A DNA stretch of 64,000 nt from Candidatus Micrarchaeota archaeon (GTDB lineage Archaea > Micrarchaeota > Micrarchaeia > Anstonellales > Bilamarchaeaceae): the NCBI GenBank assembly GCA_043800955.1, contig JAZDMN010000049.1:282-64281 (forward strand), in the 5' to 3' direction. Positions 46,014 to 56,266 of this stretch are shown piece by piece. Every line of letters starts with the position of its first letter. The first letter of the stretch is position 1. The notes under the pieces are model-generated. The model searched no databases, had not been told where the DNA came from, and saw nothing but the letters and a program-made list of their open reading frames with translations. Position numbers and translations under genes: made by a program.

Positions 46014-46901
46014 TCACATGGCCCGCAGGCGCTTCACCCTGTCATCTATCGGAGGGTGGGTGGAGCCCAAAAAACCGATTTTCTGCGGGAACGGGTTCGA
46101 GAAGTACAGCGATGCGGTCGTGTCGTTTGCCGCCCTGGTCGGAAGACCGGCTTTCCCGATTTTCTCGAGCGCGCTAGCGAGGCCCTCTGGATACCTTGTG
46201 ATGCGCGCGCCGTTGGCATCGGCCAGGTACTCGCGTTCTCGCGAGAGGGCGAATCTGACAATCTGGGCGAAAATGGGCGCGAGGATTACAAAAAAAAGCG
46301 CAATCAGTATCAGCGGGCCCCCTCCGCCGCGGTCCCTCCTGCCGCTTCCTCCGTAAAAGAGCATCCTCCAGGTGAAATCGCCCATCAAGGCAATCGCGCC
46401 TACGAACACGACGGCGAGCATTGAAAAGCGGATGTCGAAATTCGCGATATGGGATATCTCGTGCGCGACCACGCCCTCAAGCTCCTCGCGCTTCATCATG
46501 CCAAGGAGGCCGGTTGTCACTGCAACGGATGCATGCTTCGGGTCGCGCCCGGTCGCAAACGCGTTCGGCGAAGGGTCGTCTATGACATAGAGCCTGGGCA
46601 TCGGAATCTGCGATGCGAGCGCAAGCCCTTCGACGACGTTGTACAGGAACGGGTATTCCTCGCGCTTTGCCTCCTTTGCCCCGCTGATGGCCAGGATAAT
46701 CGAATCGCCCTGGAAATAGACCACAAGCGTATAGAAAAGCAGGGCGAAGAATCCCAGCACCGGCCCGCACAGCCCGATGTCGAATACGTAGGACATCGCC
46801 AGGGCTGTGGCCATGAAAAGAAAGAACATCGCGGCTACGAGGATAAGCGAATTCCGCCTATTCGCATCGGCCGCGTCAAAGAAGCTGATGTGCTGCGCCA
46901 T
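46014..46901 (-). CDS. htpX: HtpX-like M48 metalloprotease
   Basis: PNAFATG, HEISH, SREREYLAD and THPP motifs. Confidence 0.95.
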   Translation of the reverse strand: MAQHISFFDAADANRRNSLILVAAMFFLFMATALAMSYVFDIGLCGPVLGFFALLFYTLVVYFQGDSIILAISGAKEAKREEYPFLYNVVEGLALASQIPMPRLYVIDDPSPNAFATGRDPKHASVAVTTGLLGMMKREELEGVVAHEISHIANFDIRFSMLAVVFVGAIALMGDFTWRMLFYGGSGRRDRGGGGPLILIALFFVILAPIFAQIVRFALSREREYLADANGARITRYPEGLASALEKIGKAGLPTRAANDTTASLYFSNPFPQKIGFLGSTHPPIDDRVKRLRAM

Positions 46902-46934
46902 CTTGGTACCAGCATCCGGTTTCCGGCATCCGCC

Positions 46935-47522
46935 TCACTCGAATTTGACCTTGGGCGCCTGCTTCTCGGCCTCCGGAGCCTCGAAATACGGCTTGCCCTT
47001 GAAACCGGTCATGCCGGCTACAACCGAGCTCGGGAACATCTCGATGGCGTTGTCGTACTCCAGGACCGAATCGTTATACGCGGTCCTGATGTACGCTATC
47101 TTGTTCTCGGTCCCTGCAAGCTCCTCCTGGAGGAGTTTGAAGTTCTGGCTCGCCTCCAGCTTCGGGTAGTTCTCGGCGACCGCGAAAAGCGACTTGAGCG
47201 TCTGGCTCAGCATGTTGTTGGCTTTTGCGCGCTCTTCTACCGAGCCGGTCATTATCGCGGCGCGGTATTTCGTTATATTCTCGAGCGTGGTCTTCTCGTG
47301 CTTCATGTAGCCCTTGACCGTCTCGATGAGGTTGGGTATGAGGTCGTACCTCCGCTTCAGCTGCACATCAATCTGGGCCCAGGCGTTGTCGACGCGGTTG
47401 CGGAGCGTGACAAGCCGGTTGTATGTCATGACGACATAGACCAAAAGCAGGAAGCCCAACGCAACTACGCAGAGCAGGACCGGCAATAACCCTATACCAA
47501 GAAGTAATTCTTCTCCAGCCAT
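46935..47522 (-). CDS. lemA: LemA family protein
   Basis: [16 protein letters not shown] and AENYPKL motifs; lemA-htpX synteny. Confidence 0.95.
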   Translation of the reverse strand: MAGEELLLGIGLLPVLLCVVALGFLLLVYVVMTYNRLVTLRNRVDNAWAQIDVQLKRRYDLIPNLIETVKGYMKHEKTTLENITKYRAAIMTGSVEERAKANNMLSQTLKSLFAVAENYPKLEASQNFKLLQEELAGTENKIAYIRTAYNDSVLEYDNAIEMFPSSVVAGMTGFKGKPYFEAPEAEKQAPKVKFE

Positions 47523-47570
47523 TTAGTATATCACCGATATCGATTACGCAAAGAGAATTTTTAAGTATTA

Positions 47571-48095
47571 TCATGCGCCGCGGGGCCCTTCGCCCGCGCC
47601 CTGCTCATACGGCTGGTAATCCGCCTGCTGGCGTATGACGACTTCAAGGTCGATTGAACCGGATGCGGCCATCGCCCCAAGCTCGCGCTCGATTGCCCGT
47701 GTGAGCGCGCCGCGGAACACGTGGGCAAGCCCGGGCGAGTGCGGGGAGATTTTCATTACGGTTTTCCCCTCGCCGTCCCGGTACAGGCTTACCGTACCCA
47801 CGATTTCGGCTGTACGCTTGTTTTCCCCTTGATGGAATACCTCGAAAAAATCGACGATTTGGAGGTTCGCATGGGGCTCGGTCTGGAGGTCCTTAGCGCA
47901 TTTTAGGCCGTGCGCGTCCAGCTCCTGCGAAAGACCGTGGAATATCCCCGCAAGCTTTGCATTGTCAGGCACATGGACCCATATGGGGTAGCGGTCGATG
48001 TTTTCCGCATGCGGTTCGGCGAGCGGCTCCGCCTTCTGCGCGCGCCTTGCCTCTGATGTCCCTGCTGCCAGCGATAGTACTTTGCCTCCTGCCAT
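47571..48095 (-). CDS. hypothetical protein
   Basis: 174-aa ORF. Confidence 0.55.
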   Translation of the reverse strand: MAGGKVLSLAAGTSEARRAQKAEPLAEPHAENIDRYPIWVHVPDNAKLAGIFHGLSQELDAHGLKCAKDLQTEPHANLQIVDFFEVFHQGENKRTAEIVGTVSLYRDGEGKTVMKISPHSPGLAHVFRGALTRAIERELGAMAASGSIDLEVVIRQQADYQPYEQGAGEGPRGA

Positions 48096-48197
48096 AATAG
48101 TATTTCAAACCACACTATTTTTAATTCATAAACAAGGGCGGCATGAATAGGAACGATGACGTGCGGGCATTTTATTACCTGAACGCGCAATGGAAGC

Positions 48198-48845
48198 ATG
48201 GCGTCCATACGGGTGATGGAGGAGAGGGAACGGGGGAAGATAGATTCGATTCCGATAAGGACCGGAAAACAGGCTGACAGCCAGGGCCTGGACACTGCCC
48301 TTTCCAGGCTCAGGGAATCCGGGTACGGGCCCGCTGCGGATGTCCTTCTGGCAAGAGTGAACCAGGAGCAGCAGAAGATGAAGCTTACGCCCGATGAAGC
48401 GGTGGCGATTGCAGGCTATCTTCAGGAGGATTTGGGGCGGATGCCTAATTGCGCACGGCTGCTCGAGACGATGCCGAGGGCCACCGTAGAGATAGTCAGG
48501 GCGAGCCGGGAAAGGGACGTCTCAATGGAGGATGCCGAGGATATCGCCAGGTATCTTTCGAATTTCCTTGCGATGATGGATTTGGGGAATGCCCGAAGGT
48601 TCGATGAGAGCGTGTCGCACGTCATAGGGAGGACGTATGAGCAGATAGACTGGTCCGGGGAGAACACAAGCGCTGAGGAGCAGAGGAGGGACTGGTCCAG
48701 ATACGGTGTCCCTGACTTTAAGACCGCTGAGCACTACCACAATTATCTGAGGCATGCCGTGACGATGCGCTGGTTTGCCAGGGCATTCCAGCCGCATGGA
48801 ACGCTTCCAGAAGACTTCGAAGATGTGCTCAATCGCGGGGAATGA
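48198..48845 (+). CDS. hypothetical protein
   Basis: 215-aa ORF with host-like codon usage. Confidence 0.65.
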   Translation: MASIRVMEERERGKIDSIPIRTGKQADSQGLDTALSRLRESGYGPAADVLLARVNQEQQKMKLTPDEAVAIAGYLQEDLGRMPNCARLLETMPRATVEIVRASRERDVSMEDAEDIARYLSNFLAMMDLGNARRFDESVSHVIGRTYEQIDWSGENTSAEEQRRDWSRYGVPDFKTAEHYHNYLRHAVTMRWFARAFQPHGTLPEDFEDVLNRGE

Positions 48846-49094
48846 CTACTCCAGCCCCGCTACAAAACGAGCCCATTCCTCCTCGCTTAAGTCTACGGAG
48901 AGCTTCTTCCTTTTCGATGTCAGGCCGGACACAATCCGCACCTGCTTCCCCAGGAGCCGGGACAGGTTCTGAATCAGTTCGATGTTCGCACGGTTCTTCT
49001 CCGGCTCGCTAATCAGCATGACCTTGAGCCTGCCGTTCTTGTAGCTGACGGAGAATTTCGGGGAACTTGGAACCACGCTGATTTCGATTATCAT
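48846..49094 (-). CDS. DUF167/YggU family protein
   Basis: V.P.S, PEKNRAN.EL and IVSGLTSKRK motifs; ATGA overlap with the upstream gene. Confidence 0.85.
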   Translation of the reverse strand: MIIEISVVPSSPKFSVSYKNGRLKVMLISEPEKNRANIELIQNLSRLLGKQVRIVSGLTSKRKKLSVDLSEEEWARFVAGLE

Positions 49095-49744
49095 CTGTTC
49101 GCCTTGATGTACGCCTGGAGGTCGTCCGAGCTCCTGAAGCCATCGTATGTCCTGCCGTTGATGATGATTGAGGGATATGAAGTGACGTTGTACTGCATTG
49201 CGAATGCCTCCGCGACCGGGCTTCCAATCTCGCCGTCGAAAGAGAACAGCTTGACATCGATGCCATCCGAGGTGAGGGCGTCGCGCGCCTTCAGTATCTC
49301 CACGCCCTGTTCCCTGCAACGCTCGCAGCCCGCATTCGAATAGAAGTTTATCAGGAGGACCGAATCGTCGCCGCAGAGGGTGCGGACCTTCTGCGAAAGG
49401 AGGTATGATTCCGCCTCGACAATGAAATACTTCTTCTTGAGCTCGGCATCATATATCCCCTTCTCGTCCTCAAGATACGTCAGCCTGTACCCGATGCGCT
49501 CGACGTCTCCGTCTATGGAATCGAGCGAGGATGAGTAGACCGGGCAGAACGATGAGGAATTGCCTTCAGCCAGGAGGAGGAGCTGTATCGATGCAACCTT
49601 CTCCGATATATTGGACACATCTTCGGAAATCGAGCGGACGTTCGCCTCATCGATAAGCGTGCCGATGTAGATTCCTATTATGAAAATCACGAGCGAGATG
49701 AGGAACGCGGCCGCATAAATCGGGACGTTGACTGTCCGTTTCAT
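49091..49744 (-). CDS. membrane-anchored protein with a C-terminal thioredoxin-like fold
   Basis: N-terminal TM; FYS..CERC and YNVTSYPSIIING motifs. Confidence 0.75.
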   Translation of the reverse strand: MKRTVNVPIYAAAFLISLVIFIIGIYIGTLIDEANVRSISEDVSNISEKVASIQLLLLAEGNSSSFCPVYSSSLDSIDGDVERIGYRLTYLEDEKGIYDAELKKKYFIVEAESYLLSQKVRTLCGDDSVLLINFYSNAGCERCREQGVEILKARDALTSDGIDVKLFSFDGEIGSPVAEAFAMQYNVTSYPSIIINGRTYDGFRSSDDLQAYIKANR

Positions 49745-49748
49745 AGGT

Positions 49749-50936
49749 TCACCAGGAATACTGTTCCCTCTTGAGCTCCTTGAAAAGGAATAGGACGTTG
49801 TAGCCCACCATGATGTACCAGTAGAAGATGAGGAACAAGGCGAGATAGCGGAGCTTTACTTTCTCGTTGCCGTAGCTCTGCACGGCGAGCCACAGGAAGA
49901 ATGTCGAGGTGAGCATTACGATTGTGCCGACGAAAGTGACGAACGTCACGTCCATCCCCAGGGCATCGAACCAGATATACTGGACGTAGTACGGCGTGGA
50001 CAGAATCGAGTAGGCCAGGATGCCAAGCAGGAGGAAGAACGCTGTTAGGGCGGCGAAGTTGAGCGGCACGAAATACATGCCGAAGTCGCCGTATTCCGGC
50101 TTAATCATGTGGCGGTATTTCCAATAGTTCCGTATGCCGCCCCTCTGCCAGCGCACGCGCTGGGTTATGAGGTCCGACATGTTATCCGGAGGCTCTGTGT
50201 AGACGTCGGCCGTCATCGAGCTCCTTATCTTGAAGTTCGCCGCCTGAATCCTGAGCGCGATTTCCTGGTCCTCGACCAGGTTGTGCTCGTCGAAATAGCC
50301 GATTTTGTCGAACACCTCACGCCTGAACATGGAGAACGGACCCGGGGTAACCGGCACAGAATCGATGAAGCTGAGCAGTTTCCTCGAAAAAAGAATCATC
50401 AGGTACTCCACGCGCTGGAACTCTTTCAGCCAGGAGCCGCTTTCGCGGATTTTCACGGCTGGCGTGACTGCCATGACGTCCTTCTCGGAAAAATACGGGA
50501 TGAGCTCGCGGATGGTGTTCCTTGTGACGAACGAGTCCGCATCCATCGTGGCGACAAGCTCGCCTGTAGCCTTTTTCAGGCCGAAATTCAGCGCTGCGCC
50601 CTTGCCAGAGTTCGGCTTCGTGAACACGTGGATGTTTTTGCCCTCGAAGGCTTTCGCGACGCGGTATGTGTTGTCGGTCGAGCCGTCATCGACGATTATC
50701 AGCTCCAACCTGTCCTTGGGATAATCCAGGTCGAGAAGGGTGCGGATTGACGAGACGATGTATTTCTCCTCGTTGAATGCCGGCATCACAATGGAGACCA
50801 GTGGCGTCCAGCCCGTGCGTTTGAGGGGCTTGTGGTAGTCGTTCCTGTGCTTCAGGTAGAGCAATATGAATACGTTGAGCGAGAAGAGGGAGAAGAACGC
50901 TATCACGTAATTCAACGAAGTGACGATGTCTTCCAT
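49749..50936 (-). CDS. processive GT2 glycosyltransferase (PgaC/cellulose synthase-like)
   Basis: DDGSTD, DAD, VED and QRVRW motifs; N- and C-terminal TMs. Confidence 0.9.
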   Translation of the reverse strand: MEDIVTSLNYVIAFFSLFSLNVFILLYLKHRNDYHKPLKRTGWTPLVSIVMPAFNEEKYIVSSIRTLLDLDYPKDRLELIIVDDGSTDNTYRVAKAFEGKNIHVFTKPNSGKGAALNFGLKKATGELVATMDADSFVTRNTIRELIPYFSEKDVMAVTPAVKIRESGSWLKEFQRVEYLMILFSRKLLSFIDSVPVTPGPFSMFRREVFDKIGYFDEHNLVEDQEIALRIQAANFKIRSSMTADVYTEPPDNMSDLITQRVRWQRGGIRNYWKYRHMIKPEYGDFGMYFVPLNFAALTAFFLLLGILAYSILSTPYYVQYIWFDALGMDVTFVTFVGTIVMLTSTFFLWLAVQSYGNEKVKLRYLALFLIFYWYIMVGYNVLFLFKELKREQYSW

Positions 50937-50993
50937 GGATGTTTACCTTCGGGGATAGTATCGGAAAGAATATTAAAAGGATGGCGCTGGCCC

Positions 50994-51842
50994 TTAGAGA
51001 AGAAGGAGGCTCTTTGCAAAGAGCATCGCGAGCACCATGCCAAGCAGGATGAAAGGAACGAACGGCGGGAGCTTCGTATACACCCAGACCTCGCCCACCT
51101 TCGTCTTCTTGAGCCGGGCGATCTCGTCCTTGTTCATCAGGCGCGGAATCTTGTATCGCTCAATCATGTCCTTGTTCATCACTTCCAGGGCAAGGACGTC
51201 CTCAGGCTCAAGCTGCGAGACCGGGAGCTCTTCGGCCAGCATCTGATTCAACGTATCCCGGAACATCATGAAGAAGACAGTCGCGAAAATCGAGATGGTC
51301 ACGAACGCGAAGAAGACAGGCGAGAAGAGGAAGGAGTTGATGAAGAAATACGCAAAGAGCGCGTATGGGATGAGGACAAGCGCGTAAAGAAGCTTGGGCT
51401 TGGCTTCGACCTGTGTCAGCTTGAAGCCGAAATAAAGCAGCACGTACAGCGCGAAGAGTATCCCGGAGAAGATGAACACCGAGAAGATGAACGGCAGGTT
51501 GAACGGCAAGCCAGAGTAGCTCGGGTGTATGGGGAGCAGAAGCATGATGGCTGCGAGCACGAAAAGGTCCGCCCCGCCGAGCTGGCCGACACGGTAGAAG
51601 AGGTATCCGATTGCCGAAAGGAACACAGTGATGCCAATCGAGAACATGAAGAGCGTCGCATCGTAGAACACGAGGTTCACGATGAAGGCAATGGCCAGGA
51701 ACGCAAAAAGAAGCTGATCAGGTATGTTCTTCTTGTTGAAAACATCGTAATAGGCGGTTACCGAGGTGCCGAGGAAAGCAAGGATGATGCGTACTGCCTC
51801 TCCAGGCATGGTTATCTGGCCGAAAATGACATCTTCTAACAT
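50994..51842 (-). CDS. A24 prepilin/preflagellin peptidase
   Basis: YD...IPD, GGAD and PFVPFILLG motifs; multiple TMs. Confidence 0.85.
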   Translation of the reverse strand: MLEDVIFGQITMPGEAVRIILAFLGTSVTAYYDVFNKKNIPDQLLFAFLAIAFIVNLVFYDATLFMFSIGITVFLSAIGYLFYRVGQLGGADLFVLAAIMLLLPIHPSYSGLPFNLPFIFSVFIFSGILFALYVLLYFGFKLTQVEAKPKLLYALVLIPYALFAYFFINSFLFSPVFFAFVTISIFATVFFMMFRDTLNQMLAEELPVSQLEPEDVLALEVMNKDMIERYKIPRLMNKDEIARLKKTKVGEVWVYTKLPPFVPFILLGMVLAMLFAKSLLLL

Positions 51843-51891
51843 ATCAATACCTCAAATGAAACAATAATGTCTGGAAGCCTTTTAAAGAATA

Positions 51892-53520
51892 CTATTTTTC
51901 CCCATGCACCCCATACGAGGCCACTTTCTCCGCCAGGGCGCAGAGGGGCTCCGGAACTCCTGCGCGGTCAAGGACCTTGCGCATCAGGCCGATGTCCTCT
52001 TCCCTGAAGCATTTGAGGGCGAGCGATACCGCGACAAAGAGCGCTCCGGAAAGCCCTATCAGGAGGCCAAGATATGCAAGATAGATGGCCTTGGGGATGT
52101 ACTCGCCTGCGCCTGCCTGGGCGATGATTGCGGATGCAGCATCCGAAACCAGAGGCTTGACGAAAAACACGGCCAGAAGGACTATGGCCATTGAGAAGAG
52201 CAGTTTGTACGCCTCAGGCGGATTTGAGAATCCAATCAGCTTCCTTGCATAGTGGGTTAGCAGGAGCGTACTCAGGATGAAGCTCGCGACCGAAGCGGCC
52301 GCCGCACCCTCCATGCCATACATCGGGATGAGCAGCAGATTGAGCGCGACGTTCACGATGCCGCATGCCACTGCAACGAAGAGCTCGATTTTAACAAGGC
52401 GCATGGCTGTGAGGGCGAGCGAGGCCATGAACGAGAACGAGGCGATGACCAGGCCCAGGGTGAATAAGGCCATCGATGCCGCGCCCCCGGAATATTGGGA
52501 GCCGTAAAACACCGAAAGCATGTCGCCGGAGAACGCCATCATCACCGCCGCCACCGGGAGCGTGATGAAAAGGGACCAGCGCTGAGCCGTTGCCATGACT
52601 TCCCGCATCCCTTCAAGGTCGTTCTTCCCGGAAAGGCGGGATACGAGCGGGAGGAAGATGCTACCGACAGAGCCTGGGAAGACCATCAGGACTGCTGCGA
52701 GGGTGGTCGCCATGGAATATACCGCTACCATGGCCGCAGAGGATGATGGCTCAACCATAAATCCGAGAATGAGCCTGTCCGAAGAGGCGATTATCGTGGA
52801 GAAGTACTGTACAACAGCGACGGTCAGGCCAAGTGGGACTATTTCGGAAAAAAGCTCCTGCTTCCCGAGGCCAGCCTTACCATGCATCGATGCGACCGAG
52901 CGGAACACAGGGAGGCATGAGGCGAAAAAGGCCAGCAGAACCGAGATGACGAAGCCCGCGCTGATTGTCATCACCGATGGCCCGAATGCGTAGAACAGAA
53001 GGACCGTGACTACCAGCTTGATGAGGTTCTGGAGGTTCTGGTACAGCTGCGAGCCCCTGATGTCTGCGATGCCCTGCAGGTAGAGATAATTCAGCCTGAA
53101 GAGGTTCCCGAGCAGGATGTATACCGAAAGGATGCGTATGGCCTCAGGCAGGCGCGCATTTCCGTAGATTCCACCGATGTTGTCGGCCTGCCAGAAAAGA
53201 ACGGCCATTATTATAACCGAGAGGAGTGTGAGGTACCTGTAGCTAAGGGAAAGTAGGTCCCGGATTTTGCCTCTTTCGCCCTTTCCTTCGAAATACGGGA
53301 CATAGCGCGTGAACGCGCCGGAAATACCGATGTCGCTGAAAATCCATATGAGGGACATCGCGCTAAGGGCGAGATAGAATGTGCCTATGTCTTCCTGCGA
53401 GGCCGCGCGCGCGATGAGCACCACGTAAACGAACGAGACTAGTTTGAAGAACGCGCTTCCTACAAGGCTCCAGAAGCTGCCTCTTGCAACCTCCTTGGAA
53501 TGTTGGGATATTTCTGCCAT
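51892..53520 (-). CDS. Wzx/MOP-family oligosaccharide flippase
   Basis: About 14 TMs; DRLILG and LNLLLIP.YG..GAA motifs. Confidence 0.9.
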   Translation of the reverse strand: MAEISQHSKEVARGSFWSLVGSAFFKLVSFVYVVLIARAASQEDIGTFYLALSAMSLIWIFSDIGISGAFTRYVPYFEGKGERGKIRDLLSLSYRYLTLLSVIIMAVLFWQADNIGGIYGNARLPEAIRILSVYILLGNLFRLNYLYLQGIADIRGSQLYQNLQNLIKLVVTVLLFYAFGPSVMTISAGFVISVLLAFFASCLPVFRSVASMHGKAGLGKQELFSEIVPLGLTVAVVQYFSTIIASSDRLILGFMVEPSSSAAMVAVYSMATTLAAVLMVFPGSVGSIFLPLVSRLSGKNDLEGMREVMATAQRWSLFITLPVAAVMMAFSGDMLSVFYGSQYSGGAASMALFTLGLVIASFSFMASLALTAMRLVKIELFVAVACGIVNVALNLLLIPMYGMEGAAAASVASFILSTLLLTHYARKLIGFSNPPEAYKLLFSMAIVLLAVFFVKPLVSDAASAIIAQAGAGEYIPKAIYLAYLGLLIGLSGALFVAVSLALKCFREEDIGLMRKVLDRAGVPEPLCALAEKVASYGVHGEK

Positions 53521-53539
53521 TTTTGTGACCTACTGTTGC

Positions 53540-54445
53540 TTACGGGTAATGCCGGATGAGCAGGTCGACTCCCTGCTCTAATTCGGTTTTGGCCCGGAAG
53601 CCGAGCCCTGTTGCCGCTTTTGTCGTGTCCGCCTGCGTATGGGCGACATAATTCTTTATCGTGTTCGGGCGGTATTCGGGCTTGATGCTGGTTTTGAGCT
53701 TCGAGTTCAGCATCGCAACCACATCGTTGAGGGAGACGCTTCTGCCGGTGCCAACGTTGAACACGTCCGTCCCGTCGAATTTGAGCGCGAGTATATTGGC
53801 CTCAACGACATCATCCACGTAGATGAAATCGCGCGTCTGCGAGCCGTCCCCGAGGATGATTGGTGCCTTGCCGGCCTTCATGTCCCATAGGAACTGCGTG
53901 ACGAGATTGGCGTATCTGCCTTTTGCGCGCTCATTCTTGCCATAGACGCTGAAGTAGCGCAGGCCGATGCTTTTCACGCCGTAGAAATCGCTGTAGAGCC
54001 TCGCGATTCGCTCCATCGAGAAGCGGCCTTCTGTGTAGAAGTCGGTCGTCTTGATGTCCATTGATTCATGGTGGGGCGGTGCGTTGCCGTTGTACAGCGA
54101 GCTGGATGATGCGTAGACTAACTTGCACGGGTTTTTCCGCACGAACTCTAGCACGGATATCCATTCGTCAAGAACCTTTGCGGTAAGATGCGGATTCTCC
54201 TTGTACATCGGGGAGGAGGAGTAGATGCCGTCATGGATGATGGCGTCGAATTTCTCCCCTAGCACTTGGATTTCGCCTGCGCTTTTCTTTATTACCTTGA
54301 CCTTCCCCTTGATTGCGCTGAGGTTGCTTTCAACCCCGGTGTGCAGATTGTCGAGGCATATGACCTCATGCCCGTCCCGCACAAGCCGCTCGGAAATGTT
54401 CGACCCGATAAAGCCCATCGCTCCTGTAACGAGTATCTTCATCAT
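53540..54445 (-). CDS. NAD-dependent nucleotide-sugar epimerase/dehydratase
   Basis: TGAMGFIGS, ASSS and GDGSQTRDFIYVDD motifs; YxxxR in place of YxxxK. Confidence 0.9.
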   Translation of the reverse strand: MMKILVTGAMGFIGSNISERLVRDGHEVICLDNLHTGVESNLSAIKGKVKVIKKSAGEIQVLGEKFDAIIHDGIYSSSPMYKENPHLTAKVLDEWISVLEFVRKNPCKLVYASSSSLYNGNAPPHHESMDIKTTDFYTEGRFSMERIARLYSDFYGVKSIGLRYFSVYGKNERAKGRYANLVTQFLWDMKAGKAPIILGDGSQTRDFIYVDDVVEANILALKFDGTDVFNVGTGRSVSLNDVVAMLNSKLKTSIKPEYRPNTIKNYVAHTQADTTKAATGLGFRAKTELEQGVDLLIRHYP

Positions 54446-54512
54446 ATCAACCCTGAAATAGGATGTGAATCCTCAGTTTCGGTTTTAAACCCTGCCGCGC
54501 CATTCCCTAACG

Positions 54513-55175
54513 ATGGACATTGAGACATGGCTCACGAATTTTGCGCAGGAGGTTTATGGGAGGTTCGTTCTGCTCGCCCTGGCCCCGCTGCAGAACCAGG
54601 ACATGCTCTGGGCCGCCATACCCCTTGTGATAGCGACGCTCTTCATCACGCTGTATTTCGGACGCAACAGGAGGGAGGAGCTCGGCTGGAACACGGCCTT
54701 TGGCAACACGATGGTGTTCCTTTTTGTCGCGATAAGCCTGATCAGGGAGATGTACAGGCAGAGCGGCTCCTGGAACAGCATTTTCTCGAACGAGCTGTAC
54801 CTGCTGCTTTCCATAGCGCTCTCGTCGGCCAGCATCCTGCTGATGTTCATAACGTACTTCCATCTCATGCCCAAGCGCGTGGCCTTTTTCCTTTTCTCGG
54901 CGCCCCCGATAAACGTCACGGTCTATGTGGCCATGAGTATAATTTATGCGAATGTCGCCCCGGACATTTTGACTGTGCTGGCGGGGGTGCTGCTGATTGC
55001 CGTGATAGTGGTTGCGGCGAAAATTATCCGGGCATTCGTCAGGCTGCTTGGGCTTGAGGACAAGTCGGATGCGGATGGGCAACTGAGGATAGATGAGCTG
55101 GCTGAAAAAGTGGAAGCCGAACTTGAGAGGAAGAGGGAAAGGAAGAAAAAGGCCCCCGGACCCATCAATCCCTAA
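54513..55175 (+). CDS. hypothetical membrane protein
   Basis: 5-6 TMs; EELGWNTAFGN. Confidence 0.75.
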   Translation: MDIETWLTNFAQEVYGRFVLLALAPLQNQDMLWAAIPLVIATLFITLYFGRNRREELGWNTAFGNTMVFLFVAISLIREMYRQSGSWNSIFSNELYLLLSIALSSASILLMFITYFHLMPKRVAFFLFSAPPINVTVYVAMSIIYANVAPDILTVLAGVLLIAVIVVAAKIIRAFVRLLGLEDKSDADGQLRIDELAEKVEAELERKRERKKKAPGPINP

Positions 55176-56266
55176 GCTGCGGCCCTCTCATACGCCCTTA
55201 GGTATCCATCAACCATCCTGCTTATGCTGAAAAGCCGGCTCCGCTTTCCGACCTTCTTCCGCAGTGCGCTGGCGACGTTATCTCCTGAAAGCGCAGTGCT
55301 TATTTTTTCGGCCAAATCGTGTTTGTCACCGGCTTTGAAATAGATTGCTGCATCGCCAAGCACCTCCCGCAATGGCGAGATGTCCGAGGCGATTATCGCC
55401 GATGATGAAGCGAGCGCTTCAATCGCCACGATTGATAGGCCTTCGAACCGCGATGGTAGGATGACCAAATCCGCATGGTGCATGAGCGCATATTTCTGCG
55501 GCTCACTGATGGGCCCGAGAAGATGGAAACGCTTTGCCAGGCCCGCCTTGGAAGCGAACTCCCGCATCTCTTCAACATATGGTTTGTCCTCGAGCGGGCC
55601 TGCTACATACAGATGCGCGTTCCGGAAGCCTTCGGAAGCGAGGGAGCGAAGAACAATATCTATCCCTTTTGGCCTCCATACGCGGCCAAGGCAAAGGATG
55701 TTCGGCCCTTCTGTCTCAAAGGGGATCTGGCTTGCGGCATCGATGGCCTCGCCGATAGCATCCAGGTCCACACCGTTGTATATGACCGCGATTTTTTTCT
55801 CCGGCATATGAACGTCCTGGACAAGCCTGGACTTGATATGTGTGGAGACCGTGGTGATTTCCCTGGCCGCCATTCCGGAGGCGTATTCGGCCAGGTGCAT
55901 CCCGTTGCGCTGGGCCCACATCACCGGGTGGATGCCGCTTCTTGAAGCGTATAAATCGCCGGAATAGACATGGACGCTCATCACGGTTTTTTTCCTAAGG
56001 GCAAAGGGAAGCGTCACGAACGGGTTGTGGGAATGGATTATATCGAACCCGGACGTTTCGCGGGATATTGCTGCAGTTGCGGCTTTGAACTGAAGGTACG
56101 GGGAAAAGAGCGGATTGTTGAAATCTATATTGTTTGGGAGACTGAATGGGACAATTGACGGCGAAAATCCGTGCTCTGGAAGCCGCTCAAGAAGGTGGCG
56201 GATGACTGTTTCAACCCCGCCAATCGCATCGGGCCTGAAGAAAGGGCAGAGAATCCCGACTTTCAT
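55172..56266 (-). CDS. GT4 glycosyltransferase
   Basis: GGVE, IYNGVD and PSRFEGLSIVAIEA motifs. Confidence 0.9.
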   Translation of the reverse strand: MKVGILCPFFRPDAIGGVETVIRHLLERLPEHGFSPSIVPFSLPNNIDFNNPLFSPYLQFKAATAAISRETSGFDIIHSHNPFVTLPFALRKKTVMSVHVYSGDLYASRSGIHPVMWAQRNGMHLAEYASGMAAREITTVSTHIKSRLVQDVHMPEKKIAVIYNGVDLDAIGEAIDAASQIPFETEGPNILCLGRVWRPKGIDIVLRSLASEGFRNAHLYVAGPLEDKPYVEEMREFASKAGLAKRFHLLGPISEPQKYALMHHADLVILPSRFEGLSIVAIEALASSSAIIASDISPLREVLGDAAIYFKAGDKHDLAEKISTALSGDNVASALRKKVGKRSRLFSISRMVDGYLRAYERAAA

